From Thermoanaerobaculia bacterium (GTDB lineage Bacteria; Acidobacteriota; Thermoanaerobaculia; Multivoradales; Multivoraceae): a stretch of 64,000 bases of DNA. The stretch is from NCBI GenBank assembly GCA_963664405.1, contig OY761158.1, forward strand, positions 2,784,001 through 2,848,000. The letters are read 5' to 3'. The notes under the pieces were generated by a model. That model did not search any database and had not been told where the DNA came from. It saw nothing but the letters and a program-made list of their open reading frames with translations. Position 1 is the first letter of the stretch, and each line of letters begins with the position of its first letter. Both the position numbers and the translations under genes were made by a program. Of the stretch, positions 19,800 to 30,016 are shown piece after piece.

Positions 19800-20648
19800 C
19801 TATACCTTGAAAGTTCGCACCAAGTTCTTCTCGGCGCCCTCCGCTACCGAGGCTTCGAGCTCCACGTAACCTTCAAGGCCGCTGCCCCTCAGTTTCTCTC
19901 GAAAGAGGCTGTCGAGTTGAAAGACCCCTGCAGAGTTGGTCATGTTGACCGAGATTCGCACGGCCTTTTTGTCGCCGGCGTCGATCGTTACCGACTCGAT
20001 CGCAGCGGCCGAGATCGAGTGGATGCTCTGCGAGCCCTTCTCGAACGGGATGCGGGAGCGCCCCTGCGCCATGTCGAGAGCGTCCGCGATGCGTACGACC
20101 CCTGCTTCCAGCGTCATTGGCTTGCCACCGGATCGGTGCGAAATGATGGCATGGAGGATCTCGGAGCGGATAATGGCCCCCTCCCGTGCACCGTAGACTA
20201 CGGGCAGCAACTCTTTGAGCTTGGAGTCGGCGAGAAAGAGTGAATAGGACTCGTGGTCGGCGCGATGAATCGACATTCCGAGATCGTGAAACAAGGCGGC
20301 GAAAGCGACGACGACTTCAGCGTCTCCGGGCTCCATTCCGTAATTGTGAGTAACTGAAGGCTCGACGCCGCTCTTCAAGATCAACCTCAGCAACTTGAGG
20401 GCGATGTTCATTACGATCTTGACGTGCACAGGGCCGTGGTCGGTCATTCCGAGCCGTTCCATCGCGTTGACGTTGACTGCCAGCCATAGAGCGTAGACAT
20501 CGTCATCCTCGTTGAGATGCTCGATCAGGGCCTTGAGCTTCGGATCTGTCCGGGGTGGCGCGTTGATCCGGACACGATTGGCGAAACGCTCCTCGATGGT
20601 GCGGCCGGTGTCTGCCAGCTCCTCGCTTGTGGTACTTGCTTCGTTCAT
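19800..20648 (-). CDS. HD-domain phosphohydrolase
   Basis: DHGPVH, FHDLGMSIHR..H, HAIISH, ADALDM..GRSR. Confidence 0.88.
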   Translation of the reverse strand: MNEASTTSEELADTGRTIEERFANRVRINAPPRTDPKLKALIEHLNEDDDVYALWLAVNVNAMERLGMTDHGPVHVKIVMNIALKLLRLILKSGVEPSVTHNYGMEPGDAEVVVAFAALFHDLGMSIHRADHESYSLFLADSKLKELLPVVYGAREGAIIRSEILHAIISHRSGGKPMTLEAGVVRIADALDMAQGRSRIPFEKGSQSIHSISAAAIESVTIDAGDKKAVRISVNMTNSAGVFQLDSLFREKLRGSGLEGYVELEASVAEGAEKNLVRTFKV

Positions 20649-20830
20649 GGCTGGGTCTCCGATCGGGGCTGGATATGCCGGCTCGGTGTTCGCCAGCAGC
20701 CGCCCTTCTAGAGCTTCTTAAGGGTGTAGTTTCTGAGTTTCCGAGTCAAGCCCGAGGTGCCGGGCTATGTTCGCCTGACGATGCGCTGACGGCCGCTGCG
20801 TACCCTGATGCCGAGCTCGGAGAGCGAAGA

Positions 20831-21058
20831 ATGAACGAGATCCCCGCAAGCCGTCGCATTGTTGAGACCTTGCTGGTGCGGGCGATGCTCGAGCACGAGT
20901 CCGGTAATCGTGAGGCCGCCGCCGACTTCGCCGCCGCGGTACTCATGATGCTCGATGGAGATCGAGACAGAGAACTGGTCGTGGAGGCCAGACGTGTGTT
21001 GCTGGTCTCCGGCGTCGTTGGGCTGGGGGATGACGTCACTCCTCCTCAGTCGAGGTAA
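20831..21058 (+). CDS. Small hypothetical helical protein
   Basis: Protein-like amphipathic ORF filling the intergenic gap. Confidence 0.35.
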   Translation: MNEIPASRRIVETLLVRAMLEHESGNREAAADFAAAVLMMLDGDRDRELVVEARRVLLVSGVVGLGDDVTPPQSR

Positions 21059-21072
21059 GAGAGCCTCGACTG

Positions 21073-21375
21073 TCAGCCGCGGTCCCGCCGCGCCGCCAGC
21101 TGATTGTAGATCCAGGCTACACACCAGCCCATGCAGGCGCCGACGAGGCCGCCGTAGACCAGGCCCAGGACAGAGCCTCGCCAAGACACTGAGTAGCCGG
21201 GGAAGTAATTGTGCAGAAGGGAGAGGTGCTCTCCAACGCTAACGCCTCCGCGCAGGACCAGCCATGCTGTGGCCACGAACAGTCCGATCCCGAATACCAT
21301 CGAGAAGACCACTGCCATGATCCCAGCCCGCAGACGCGCGACGGCGGCTGCGATCAGCTCAGTCTCTTCGTTCAT
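21073..21375 (-). CDS. Small 2-TM membrane protein, paralogous to the C-terminal domain of the upstream oxidoreductase
   Basis: GLFVATAWLVLRGG..VGEHLSLLHNYFPGYSVSWRG; ATG overlaps the upstream stop. Confidence 0.8.
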   Translation of the reverse strand: MNEETELIAAAVARLRAGIMAVVFSMVFGIGLFVATAWLVLRGGVSVGEHLSLLHNYFPGYSVSWRGSVLGLVYGGLVGACMGWCVAWIYNQLAARRDRG

Positions 21376-23187
21376 TCGTCGCCGCTCTCGAACAATTCCA
21401 GGGCTCCGGTCGCCTCGAGTCCCCTTCGCAGGCTCGCTTCATGCCATCCCACCTGGACATTGATCGCTTTGGCGAGGACCCAGCCGAGCCCGAAACCGCC
21501 GATGCCGGCTTCGGCGGCCCCGATGACCGCGCCCTGCCAGGAAGCGTTGAAGCCAACCAGGTAGTTCCCGAGCAAGGATAGGTTCATACCGACTCTCGAG
21601 CCTCCTTTCAGTAGGAGGAGCGCGGTGGCAAGGAAGAGGCCAGGGGCACCTGTCGCGCCGATGGCACCGCCCAGGGCCACGGGATCGTAGCGCGCGAAGG
21701 CCGACCTCATCAGCTCGTCTACTGGGGCCGCATTCACCGTTCCGGGAGTTGCCCGATCTCCCGCCCCGGTGGCGGATTGGCTCGCCTCTTCGTGGTAGTC
21801 ACTGTCGACGTTGACTGCCCACACATCATGGCTGGCGCCGGCTATGTTGCGAGCGGCGAGGATGCCGGTCAGCATCGAGTGGTCCTGGTTGTTGTATCGG
21901 TGCTGGCCGTTGCGACCGACGGTTTGAAGATTCTCGAAGGTTTCGATGAACGAGCGCAGAGTCTTCAGCGCCTCTTGGTAGCCCTCATCGTAAACCGGGT
22001 AGGCCTTGGGCACTCGGATTACGACACCGTCCAGCACTTCTCCGCTGTCGAGCAGGCCGAGTTTCACACACTCTCGCTCGCCCAGCTCGATCAGGTCGCT
22101 GTCCTCCGATTCCCACAGAGAGTCTCCCTGCTGCACGAAGTACTCTAGCCCCAGGCTCGTTTTCTCGGAGTCCGGGACCATATCGGGACTCCAGTTCTTG
22201 AAGTTCTGGATCCTGCCCATCTTCACCTCCGGGGCATGGATGTAGATCCAATTGTCGGGAAAGATATTGGGCCGATCAACGATGAGGCCGACCGTCATGA
22301 AGTCTCGATATCGAAGGCTTCGTGCTGCGGCCATGACCTCCGGCGGCGGGGGCGGATCTAGAGCAAAGAGGAGGCTGCTGATCGGCATCGACGAGATGAC
22401 GTGCTCCGGCCGTAGGCTTTGCCCGTCGCCGTTGCTGCCCCTCCACCTCGATGCCGACGATGCGGCGGTTGTCGTGCTCGATCCTGCATACCTCGGAACG
22501 CAAGTGTGTCTCGATGCCCTGCTCTGCCAGCCGGTCGCGGCAACGCTCCCACATCATGCCGGGTCCGTGGCGCGGGTAGTGGAAGCTATCGATGAGCGTA
22601 GTGACCACTTCGCCCTTCTTCGAGGCTTGGCCCAGGAGAGCGTTTCGGAGCGCAGTCGCGAGATCGAGGTTCTTGATTCTTTGGCTCGCCCACTCGGCGC
22701 CGATCTCGCTGCACGGGATGCCCCACACCTTCTCGGTGTAGGTCTCGAAGAAGATCTCGAACAGTCTTCTGCCGAAACGGTTGACAACCCATTGTTCGAA
22801 GTTCGTCTCGGCGGTTGGGAAGAGCCGCGCCGCAAGGTAGCTGGCGCCGATTCGCGTGGCCTCCACGGGGCCAAGCCCGGTCAGAGCGTTCAGGGGGCGG
22901 AGGGGATAGTCGAAGAAGTGGTTCTGATAGAAGATCCGTGAAAGGCGGGGCCTTTCGAGGAGATCTTCACCCAGGAGTTCTTCCCAGACTTGGCGGACCA
23001 GCTCGACTTTGGTGAAGAAGCGATGCCCCCCCAGGTCAAAGCGATACCCCTGGTAGTGAACCGTGCGGGAGATTCCACCCACGACCGGGTCTTTCTCCAG
23101 CACGATAGCCGGAAGGTCGAGCTTCGCTAGCTCCCAAGCCGCAGTCAAGCCTGCGGGCCCTGCTCCGATGACTGCCGTACGATTCAT
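21372..23187 (-). CDS. NAD(P)/FAD-dependent oxidoreductase (protoporphyrinogen-oxidase/UGM-like superfamily) with C-terminal membrane domain; +1 frameshift near 22440
   Basis: GAGPAGL, FDLGGHRFFTK, YTEKVWG, WIYIH, GRNGQHRYNNQDHSM; removing one G from a G4 run joins the two ORFs. Confidence 0.85.
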
Positions 23188-23194
23188 GGCTCCC

Positions 23195-25146
23195 CTAGCA
23201 CTGAGGTTCGGTCTCCTGGTCCGAGCTTGTTGGCCGATACCCTTCCCGTTCGCGTAGCACGACCACGTCTCCGCCTCCGAGTGTTCCATGGAAGCGCTTG
23301 GCCGTTTCGAAGCTTGCCAGCAGTTCTGTCCACATCTGCGGGTCGTTGGCTTTGAGGTGCCCACCAAAGTGAGGATGACCCAGGTCGTACCGGCGGCTGA
23401 AAGATGGGCTTGGAGCGCCTCGACCGACGAAGCCCCTGCCATCCCGGGGGCGTAGAGAGCTCTGTAGACCGAAAGCGCCATCCCCACGGCGACCGATCGG
23501 ATCCTCGGGAGCCTTCTGCGCGAGAACCCAGTCTCGCGCTCCGGTGAAGTCCTGCTTTGGACTGCGGTAGTTGCGAGGCAGGGCCAAGGCCGACAGCAGG
23601 ATCAGGGCAAGGACGAATATGGCTCCCAGATTCTGCCTAGCTCCACGAAGTCGATCGCCGAGGTCGTCTCCCAAGAGTCGCGTACCCACGACTACGAAGA
23701 GGGCGGCGAAGCCGAGCTCGTTGAAGAAGAAGCGGGGCCACAAGTTTCTCTCGAGTAGAGCCAATGTGCTCCCACCAAGAACGGCGGGAAGGACGAAGCA
23801 CCAAGTGGCAACCGGTGTCCGTCGCCATAAGCTTCTGGTGCCTATGAGCAAGACCAGCGCGGCCGCGATCAGCCCGGTCCAGCCCAGTACCGACCCGATC
23901 GCGAGTCCACGCACGGTTTCCGCTAGCGCCCAAAGGGGGCTCTTCCACTCTTCAGGTCCGGTGCCGGCGCCGGCGGATGGTTGGGTGTAGAAGGCGAGGA
24001 CCTGGGGAAGGACCAGGGCGTAGAGCTGCAGCGTCAGCGTTGTGGCAAGAAGGAAGCCGACCCCTGGGCGCCATCGCAGAGTAGAGCCACTCTGCCGCAC
24101 TAGACCAGCGTTTCCAAAGTTCGTGTGCAATAGCTCGAGGTCATTCTGTTCGCTGGCCAGGCGCGCCGACGCAGGCATATTGGGCAATATGTCGAGGAGG
24201 CGAAACGCCGCCAGCGGACAGAAGGGGCCGAGATATGTGCGCGAACTTTGGAAACGCTGGTCTAGCAGCGTGGCCACTACCAGAAAGTGGGCGGTCACAA
24301 CGAAGACCATGCTCAGATGGAGACCCATGCCCACCGCGACGACTCCCGAGTAGCCGATCCAGGTGGACCAGCGACCCTGCCACAGCCCCCGCAGCAGCAG
24401 GTCGGTTGCCAGCACAGTAGCGAAGAGGAGTCCGGTGTAGCCGCGGGCGTTTGAGAGAACCATACGTGGTGGTAGGACACGGCGAGCAGAGCGACGACCA
24501 GAATCGTGTCGCGCTGACTCGTGACGAGAGAGGCGAGACGCTGTGTTGCCCACAGGCTGGCAACGCCGAAGACGACTGCGGGAAGGCGCAGTGCGGCGGC
24601 GCTCTCTCCAAATGCGGAGACGCTGAGGTGCCCGAAGACCGAGTAGAGGAGGTGGTTGTTGTCATCCGTATAGCGGGTGAGGATCTGCCCTAGGGAGGGC
24701 CGTACGAACTTCACCAAGGTGGAGACTTCGTCGATCCACAGATCCTGGTGGATACCGATCCAGCGCAGCACGAGCGCTAGAGCCAGAAGGCCTACCAAGG
24801 CGAGCGGGTAGCCCCTGCTGGGGGCAACTACCGTCTTGGTTGTGGGCGGTTGCCACAGAGAGTCCTCCGGACCGAGGACGGGCGCTTCACCTGCCCTTGG
24901 CCGCCAGACTGCAGCCACGAGCCAAAGGCCGTGAAAGAGGAGTAGCGCCTTGAAGAGCTTCGCGCCAACCTGCAGCTGCTCGAAGCGGGGGCCCGGATCA
25001 GGCTCCAGCCTAAGGATGACAGAGACCGGTAAGAGCACAGCCATCAAGACCAGGCTCGCGCCCAGGCCGAGACTAAGCGCTCGATCTCTCTTCGCCGCCT
25101 GGAGTGAGGGTCTGTGATGGTGGCGGGCCAAGGGTGATAGCTGCAC
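23195..25146 (-). CDS. GT39/ArnT-like membrane glycosyltransferase (GT-C) with three 1-nt indels and an in-frame palindromic insertion
   Basis: LWIDE, NNHLLYS, FGES..ALRLPAVVFG, HVWFSQ(N)ARGY, WPRFF; indels near 24451, 23497 and 23367. Confidence 0.8.
24100..24265. mobile_element. CTAG-bounded palindromic element, subfamily B copy 2 (in-frame, intragenic)
   Basis: Reverse complement of 16039-16204; net +162 nt read as LDQRFQSS...NAGL in the host frame. Confidence 0.92.
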
Positions 25147-25161
25147 TCGCTGGCCAGGCCT

Positions 25162-25593
25162 TCAGAGAAGCTCCGCGCGACACGAGATGATGTCGAAGGC
25201 ACCCCTTTCCGAAGAGAGCTCTACCTCTACATCTTGGGCGGAGGTCAGTTGAGACCAGATCGGATGCGATGCGCTTGGACAGGCGACCTCGGCTACCTTG
25301 CTGCTGCGGGTCCATCCGTTCATCATGATCAGCTCGCCGGCCAGCTCCGGAGGTACCGCCACTCGGTGGACGAGGGAGGAGGGGTGGTCTACATTGCGCC
25401 CGACCGACAACAGCCGCCATCCGGGCCGGATCTGTCCGGGAGTGAATTGACGACGATACTCATAGACAATGTCGGCCGGGATGTGGGACCGAGGTTGACG
25501 AAGCTGGCTCTGCCACACCAAGGCGAGGACTAGCCCGAGGCCGACGAAGGCAGCGATCAGCCAGAGAACCTTGGACCGTCGTGGTGGATTCAT
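25162..25593 (-). CDS. Hypothetical membrane-anchored/exported protein
   Basis: N-terminal TM; two Cys; ATG overlaps the NUDIX stop. Confidence 0.6.
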   Translation of the reverse strand: MNPPRRSKVLWLIAAFVGLGLVLALVWQSQLRQPRSHIPADIVYEYRRQFTPGQIRPGWRLLSVGRNVDHPSSLVHRVAVPPELAGELIMMNGWTRSSKVAEVACPSASHPIWSQLTSAQDVEVELSSERGAFDIISCRAELL

Positions 25594-26081
25594 GAAGGGA
25601 GGGAGCTTACATTGCCCGGAGGCGAGCCGGACAGCTCCTCCAGGCGGTCGATGAAAGGTGATTGGGCGGGGTTTATCCTCTTCCTTGCTTCTGCGAGAGA
25701 GAAGAATTCTGCCCGGTCTACTTCCGGAAAGTGCTGGATGTTGCCCGAGCGCGGTGGCCACTCGAGCTCGAAGGTATTGCTCGACACAAGCGAAGTGTCG
25801 CAGTCGCCCTCGACCGCCCACGCTTCGACGATCTTGCCGCTCCTCAGGCGGACTGTTCCAAGCTCGAGGAGCTCGGCCAAGGGCACCGTAAAGCCCGTTT
25901 CTTCTTCGAATTCCCGGCGGGCTGCGGCGATCGCCTCCTCGCTCTCCTCGACCAGGCCTTTGGGGAGGGTCCAAGCGCCGAGGTCACGGTTACGAAAAAA
26001 GGGACCGCCCGGGTGGGCCAGGAGAGCCTCGAGACCGAGGCTCGTCCGTCGATACATCAACAGGCCGGCACTTCTCTTCAT
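25590..26081 (-). CDS. NUDIX hydrolase
   Basis: SAGLLMYR, HPGGPF, PKG..AARREFEEETG, WPPRSG..FPEVDR. Confidence 0.92.
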   Translation of the reverse strand: MKRSAGLLMYRRTSLGLEALLAHPGGPFFRNRDLGAWTLPKGLVEESEEAIAAARREFEEETGFTVPLAELLELGTVRLRSGKIVEAWAVEGDCDTSLVSSNTFELEWPPRSGNIQHFPEVDRAEFFSLAEARKRINPAQSPFIDRLEELSGSPPGNVSSLPS

Positions 26082-27079
26082 TCAGTGGTTTGGGAGGCTC
26101 GGACGATCCCGAGGGCGTCGCCAATCTCGTCGCGCATGCGACAGCACTCTTGCCGGCTCGCCTCTGCCCATCCTTCATCGCCGAGCTCCTGATATCGAGG
26201 CGCCCGATAGGCGAAGAGAATGCTACGAGACGCATTGACGACTACGCCACGGTTGTCTGCGTCAAAGGCGGCCGCGACGTCGGTAGCGGCGGCGCCCTGA
26301 GCTCCGTATCCGGGCACCAGGAACGGCAGTTGGGGAAAGGCCCTGCGCAGTGCGCCTGCCTGGCCGGGGCTCGTTGCCCCGACTACCAGTCCGGCCGCGG
26401 CGAAGCCGTGCTCGCCGATCGAAGTCTCGCCGAGACGAGAGACCATCTTGCCGACGGCGGTGTGCAGCGGCTGGCGGGGACTCTCAGCGCCAACCTGCAG
26501 CTCTTGAAGCTCTGCGGAGCCGGGGTTGGAAGTCTTGGCGAGAACGAACAGTCCCTTTCCCCGCTCGAAATAGGAGGCGAAGGGCTCGAGACTGTCTGTG
26601 CCCAGATAAGGGCTCACGGTCATTGCGTCTGCTTCGAGCCCTCCGTGTTCCGCTGCTGGACCGAGGTAGTAGTCCGCATAAGCCTGGGCGGTAGAGCCGA
26701 TGTCGCCCCGCTTGGCGTCCACGAGTACCAACAGCCCCAACTCGCGCGCTCGACCTACGACTCTCTCCAGTGCTTCCCACCCCGGCGGGCCGAGCCGCTC
26801 GAAGAACGCGACCTGTGGCTTCACGATCGCGACGACGTCGGCGACAGCTTCCAACAGCTCGTCAAAGAAGCGTTGAGCTGCTGCTGCCGCGACCTCCCGC
26901 CGCGGGCTGCTCGATAGGTGACGCAGCGGGGCGGGGAATAGGTCGAGGTGCGGGTCGAGGCCGACCATCACCGGGCTACGCTTGGCTTCGATCGCTTCGA
27001 TGAGCCTGTCACCGAAGAGGGCCGCGTCCGCGGAAGACGGAGGTTGCAGCGTGCTCGTTGAATCCTCGTGTACGACCAT
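26078..27079 (-). CDS. pyrF: Orotidine-5'-phosphate decarboxylase
   Basis: VGLDP, KPQVAFFE, DAKRGDIGST, KTSNPGS, VVGAT, PGYGAQG, NASRSI. Confidence 0.95.
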   Translation of the reverse strand: MVVHEDSTSTLQPPSSADAALFGDRLIEAIEAKRSPVMVGLDPHLDLFPAPLRHLSSSPRREVAAAAAQRFFDELLEAVADVVAIVKPQVAFFERLGPPGWEALERVVGRARELGLLVLVDAKRGDIGSTAQAYADYYLGPAAEHGGLEADAMTVSPYLGTDSLEPFASYFERGKGLFVLAKTSNPGSAELQELQVGAESPRQPLHTAVGKMVSRLGETSIGEHGFAAAGLVVGATSPGQAGALRRAFPQLPFLVPGYGAQGAAATDVAAAFDADNRGVVVNASRSILFAYRAPRYQELGDEGWAEASRQECCRMRDEIGDALGIVRASQTTE

Positions 27080-27200
27080 GATTTGAGTATACCTAGAGTC
27101 GCTGGAGCGCTGAAGATTCGGGTCCGAGGGACGTGAGCTTCTGACTGCCGGACCTGTCATGCTAAGATAGACCCTCTTCTATAAGAACCGGAGCTCGACT

Positions 27201-27722
27201 ATGCGGAAGATCATCATGCTTGCTCTCGTCGCCGTCGTTCTCGTCGGCACCATTCCAGCTGTCGCGGATTCCCTCGAGGTGCATTTGCGGAATGGGAACA
27301 TGCTCGGAACGCGCTATGTCCCCACGCAGTCGCCCTGGGATTCGTCGAAGGTCATGCTTCTTACGCTTATGGGGAACCGAGTTTCGATCCCTGCCGACGA
27401 CATCGTACGAATCGTTTCGGGGAGGCGGAGCTCCGCTCATGGGGTCCGTCTCGATTCGCTGACGGTGCTTATCGGCGTAGCCCCCAACGACAAGTTGACT
27501 CCTGAAGAGGCTGCGGCCCTCGAGGGGCAGTTTCCCCAACAGCAGCTGTCACCTTCCTACAATATTGAACAGTTTGCCGAGCCCGATGGAACCGGCGGCA
27601 TTCCGTTGAATTTTCTCGGAATGACGACACCTCCGCTCGGTCGTGCCAACACCTTTGGTGGTGCTGCAAGTCTGCGACGGGGTGGCGGCGGTAACTTCGG
27701 TGAACCGCAGACTCGAAACTAG
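27201..27722 (+). CDS. Secreted hypothetical protein
   Basis: Clear signal peptide MRKIIMLALVAVVLVGTIPAVA; GGAG RBS. Confidence 0.75.
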   Translation: MRKIIMLALVAVVLVGTIPAVADSLEVHLRNGNMLGTRYVPTQSPWDSSKVMLLTLMGNRVSIPADDIVRIVSGRRSSAHGVRLDSLTVLIGVAPNDKLTPEEAAALEGQFPQQQLSPSYNIEQFAEPDGTGGIPLNFLGMTTPPLGRANTFGGAASLRRGGGGNFGEPQTRN

Positions 27723-27749
27723 GGGAAGGCCGGACCCGACAGGGACTGA

Positions 27750-27926
27750 ATGGTCAAAAGGATCGCTTGGTCGGTCGCCTTCGGTATCTTGACTCTTGCG
27801 GTGACCCTGTTCTGGCGCGGCTTCCCTCTTCGACTCGCTCTGTTGAGCGGAGTTGCCGTCGGCATTCTGCTCTACTCGACGTCGGAAACGATCGGCCGAG
27901 TTGCGGCCCTTTATCGCAAGAGCTGA
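27750..27926 (+). CDS. Small 2-TM protein (58 aa, below the ORF-track cutoff)
   Basis: MVKRIAWSVAFGILTLAVTLFWRGFPLRLALLSGVAVGILLYSTSETIGRVAALYRKS. Confidence 0.6.
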   Translation: MVKRIAWSVAFGILTLAVTLFWRGFPLRLALLSGVAVGILLYSTSETIGRVAALYRKS

Positions 27927-27937
27927 CGAGGGTCGTG

Positions 27938-28090
27938 ATGACTTCGAAGCGCCTGATATTGTCGACCGGCTTATTCTGTGCTTGGTTCCTCTTGCTCATG
28001 AGCGGTGTAGCGTTTGCCGGTTCTGTGCATCTACTGCTCCTCGCTTCTTTGTTCGCAGTGCCGTGGCGGCAGGGTGCGAATCGATCCTAG
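27938..28090 (+). CDS. Small 2-TM protein (50 aa)
   Basis: MTSKRLILSTGLFCAWFLLLMSGVAFAGSVHLLLLASLFAVPWRQGANRS; GAGG upstream. Confidence 0.55.
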   Translation: MTSKRLILSTGLFCAWFLLLMSGVAFAGSVHLLLLASLFAVPWRQGANRS

Positions 28091-28104
28091 TTGAGAGTTT
28101 CGAG

Positions 28105-28659
28105 GTGGGTGCTCCCAAGCCAAGACCCTGGCGGCTACTGTCGAGACACCTATTGTTTCGGCACTCCCTCTTCTCGCTCGAGGAGCAGAAGTTGGTCGCT
28201 GACGAGTCTGACCATAGGGACGCCCTGGTTCTTCATCCTTCCGGCTGGGTGAACATGATTGCTCTAACCGAGGACCAGGAAGTTCTCCTAGTGCGTCAAT
28301 GGCGCTTCGGCAGCGGAGAGCTGACCCTAGAGATTCCGGGGGGCATGATCGATCCGGGTGAGCAAGAGCTCGATGCGGCTAAACGCGAGCTGCTCGAAGA
28401 GACTGGATATCGGGCGGGGGAGTGGACTCGTCTCGGTGAGGTTCGCCCCAATCCAGCATTCATGTCGAACCGATGCGGAACGTGGCTGGCAAGAGATCTC
28501 AGTTGGATCGAAGAGCCTAAAGGGGACGGGAGCGAGGAAATCCGTGTCGAGTCGGCTCCGCTCGCGGCGATTCCCGGGTTGATCTCGAGCGGCGAGATCT
28601 CGCATGCGCTCGTGGTGGCGGCGTTCTATCTCTACGAGCGGCGGCTAGCGCCGAGATGA
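28105..28659 (+). CDS. NUDIX hydrolase (ADP-ribose pyrophosphatase-like)
   Basis: VRQWRFG..LEIPGGMIDPGE..AAKRELLEETGY, PNPA; start uncertain. Confidence 0.9.
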   Translation: MGAPKPRPWRLLSRHLLFRHSLFSLEEQKLVADESDHRDALVLHPSGWVNMIALTEDQEVLLVRQWRFGSGELTLEIPGGMIDPGEQELDAAKRELLEETGYRAGEWTRLGEVRPNPAFMSNRCGTWLARDLSWIEEPKGDGSEEIRVESAPLAAIPGLISSGEISHALVVAAFYLYERRLAPR

Positions 28660-29375
28660 ATCAGCTCGAGGCCGTCACCTTCGATGTCACTGGGACTCTG
28701 ATTCACTGCCCGCGAATGGCCGAGATCTACTCGGAGGTCCTGGGGCGCCACGGTATCGTGGCCAACGAGGAGGACATCCGAAGGCTGTTCCCGGTCGTGT
28801 GGCAGGAACTGGACTGCCGGACACCCAGTGGGCGAGATCGCTTCACGGATCATCCGGACGGGGCGATAGGCTGGTGGGGGCGGCTCATCGAGAGACTCTG
28901 TGAGCTCCTCGCTACCGCCCCCCCAACCCCCTTCACCGTTGCCGAGCTCTACCATCGCTTTGCTATGCCGTCGTCTTGGGAGGTCTACTCCGACACCCGT
29001 GCCGGTCTGCGAGCGCTGGAGCGGCTCGGCCTGCGACTGGCGGTGGTGAGCAACTTTGATGAGCGCCTGAGCGAGATTCTCGCCGGCTTGAGCCTAGCCG
29101 ATCACTTCGAAGAGGTGCTCTATTCTGCGCAGCTAGGCATCGCCAAGCCGGACCCGCGATTTTTTCATCATTGTCTCTCCGCTATGGAGGTGAAGCCCGG
29201 TGCCGCACTCCACGTCGGCAACCGCCGGCTGGAGGATGTCGAAGGGGCCGAAGCCGCAGGGATGACGGCCATCTTGATCCGTAGAACCGGCGAGGGGCCG
29301 GGGTGCACGGATCTTCGCGAGCTCGCTCATCGGGTGGCGGGGATGCTGCCGGGGTCTCCTTACGCTGCGGTATAG
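28656..29375 (+). CDS. HAD-superfamily hydrolase
   Basis: FDVTGTL, VVSNFDERL, KPDPRFF, HVGN..DVEGA..AG. Confidence 0.92.
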   Translation: MNQLEAVTFDVTGTLIHCPRMAEIYSEVLGRHGIVANEEDIRRLFPVVWQELDCRTPSGRDRFTDHPDGAIGWWGRLIERLCELLATAPPTPFTVAELYHRFAMPSSWEVYSDTRAGLRALERLGLRLAVVSNFDERLSEILAGLSLADHFEEVLYSAQLGIAKPDPRFFHHCLSAMEVKPGAALHVGNRRLEDVEGAEAAGMTAILIRRTGEGPGCTDLRELAHRVAGMLPGSPYAAV

Positions 29376-29518
29376 TGCAGGTCAGGGAGATGCTGACCAA
29401 GCATGTTCTTGCCGACGGCTTCCCTCCGCCCTGGCGGCGGCCCACTTCGTCATCCGAGAATCCCGGATGACTCTCGGGCAGATGTTCGGAGGCGGAGGGC
29501 TTTGATGCAGGTGAGAGA

Positions 29519-30016
29519 GTGAAGATATCGACAAAGGGTGAGTATGGCATTCGCGCGATGCTCTTCGTGGCAATGCGGCGAGAGGAAGGGCCCACGACCA
29601 GCCACGAGATCGCCACTCATCAGGGGATTCCCGAGCCCTACTTACGACAGATCCTCGCATCCCTGGCTAAGCATCAGCTGATCCAGTCGAATCGGGGACC
29701 TCAGGGAGGCCATACATTGGCCCGACCTGCCGACCAGATCTCTCTGCGCGACATAATCTACGCGCTCGAGGGACAAGTCACATCGGTCGATCAGATCCTC
29801 GCTCAGCCGTGCTCGATCGACATCGGTACCCGGCACTGCGTCATTCGCGAGGTTTTTCTCGAGGTGAAGCGTGCGGTCGAGACCATTCTCCAGGATACTA
29901 ATCTCCAGGATCTGGCGCTGAGGCAAGAGGAGATCATCGAGTGCGATATCGAAGTGCCGCTCGATCTGCCCCCGAGCTTCAAGTCGCTGCATGTTCTTGG
30001 CGAGGATACCCGCTGA
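29519..30016 (+). CDS. Rrf2-family transcriptional regulator
   Basis: MKISTKGEYGIRAM, IPEPYLRQIL, SNRGPQGGH.LARP..ISL.DI. Confidence 0.93.
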   Translation: MKISTKGEYGIRAMLFVAMRREEGPTTSHEIATHQGIPEPYLRQILASLAKHQLIQSNRGPQGGHTLARPADQISLRDIIYALEGQVTSVDQILAQPCSIDIGTRHCVIREVFLEVKRAVETILQDTNLQDLALRQEEIIECDIEVPLDLPPSFKSLHVLGEDTR

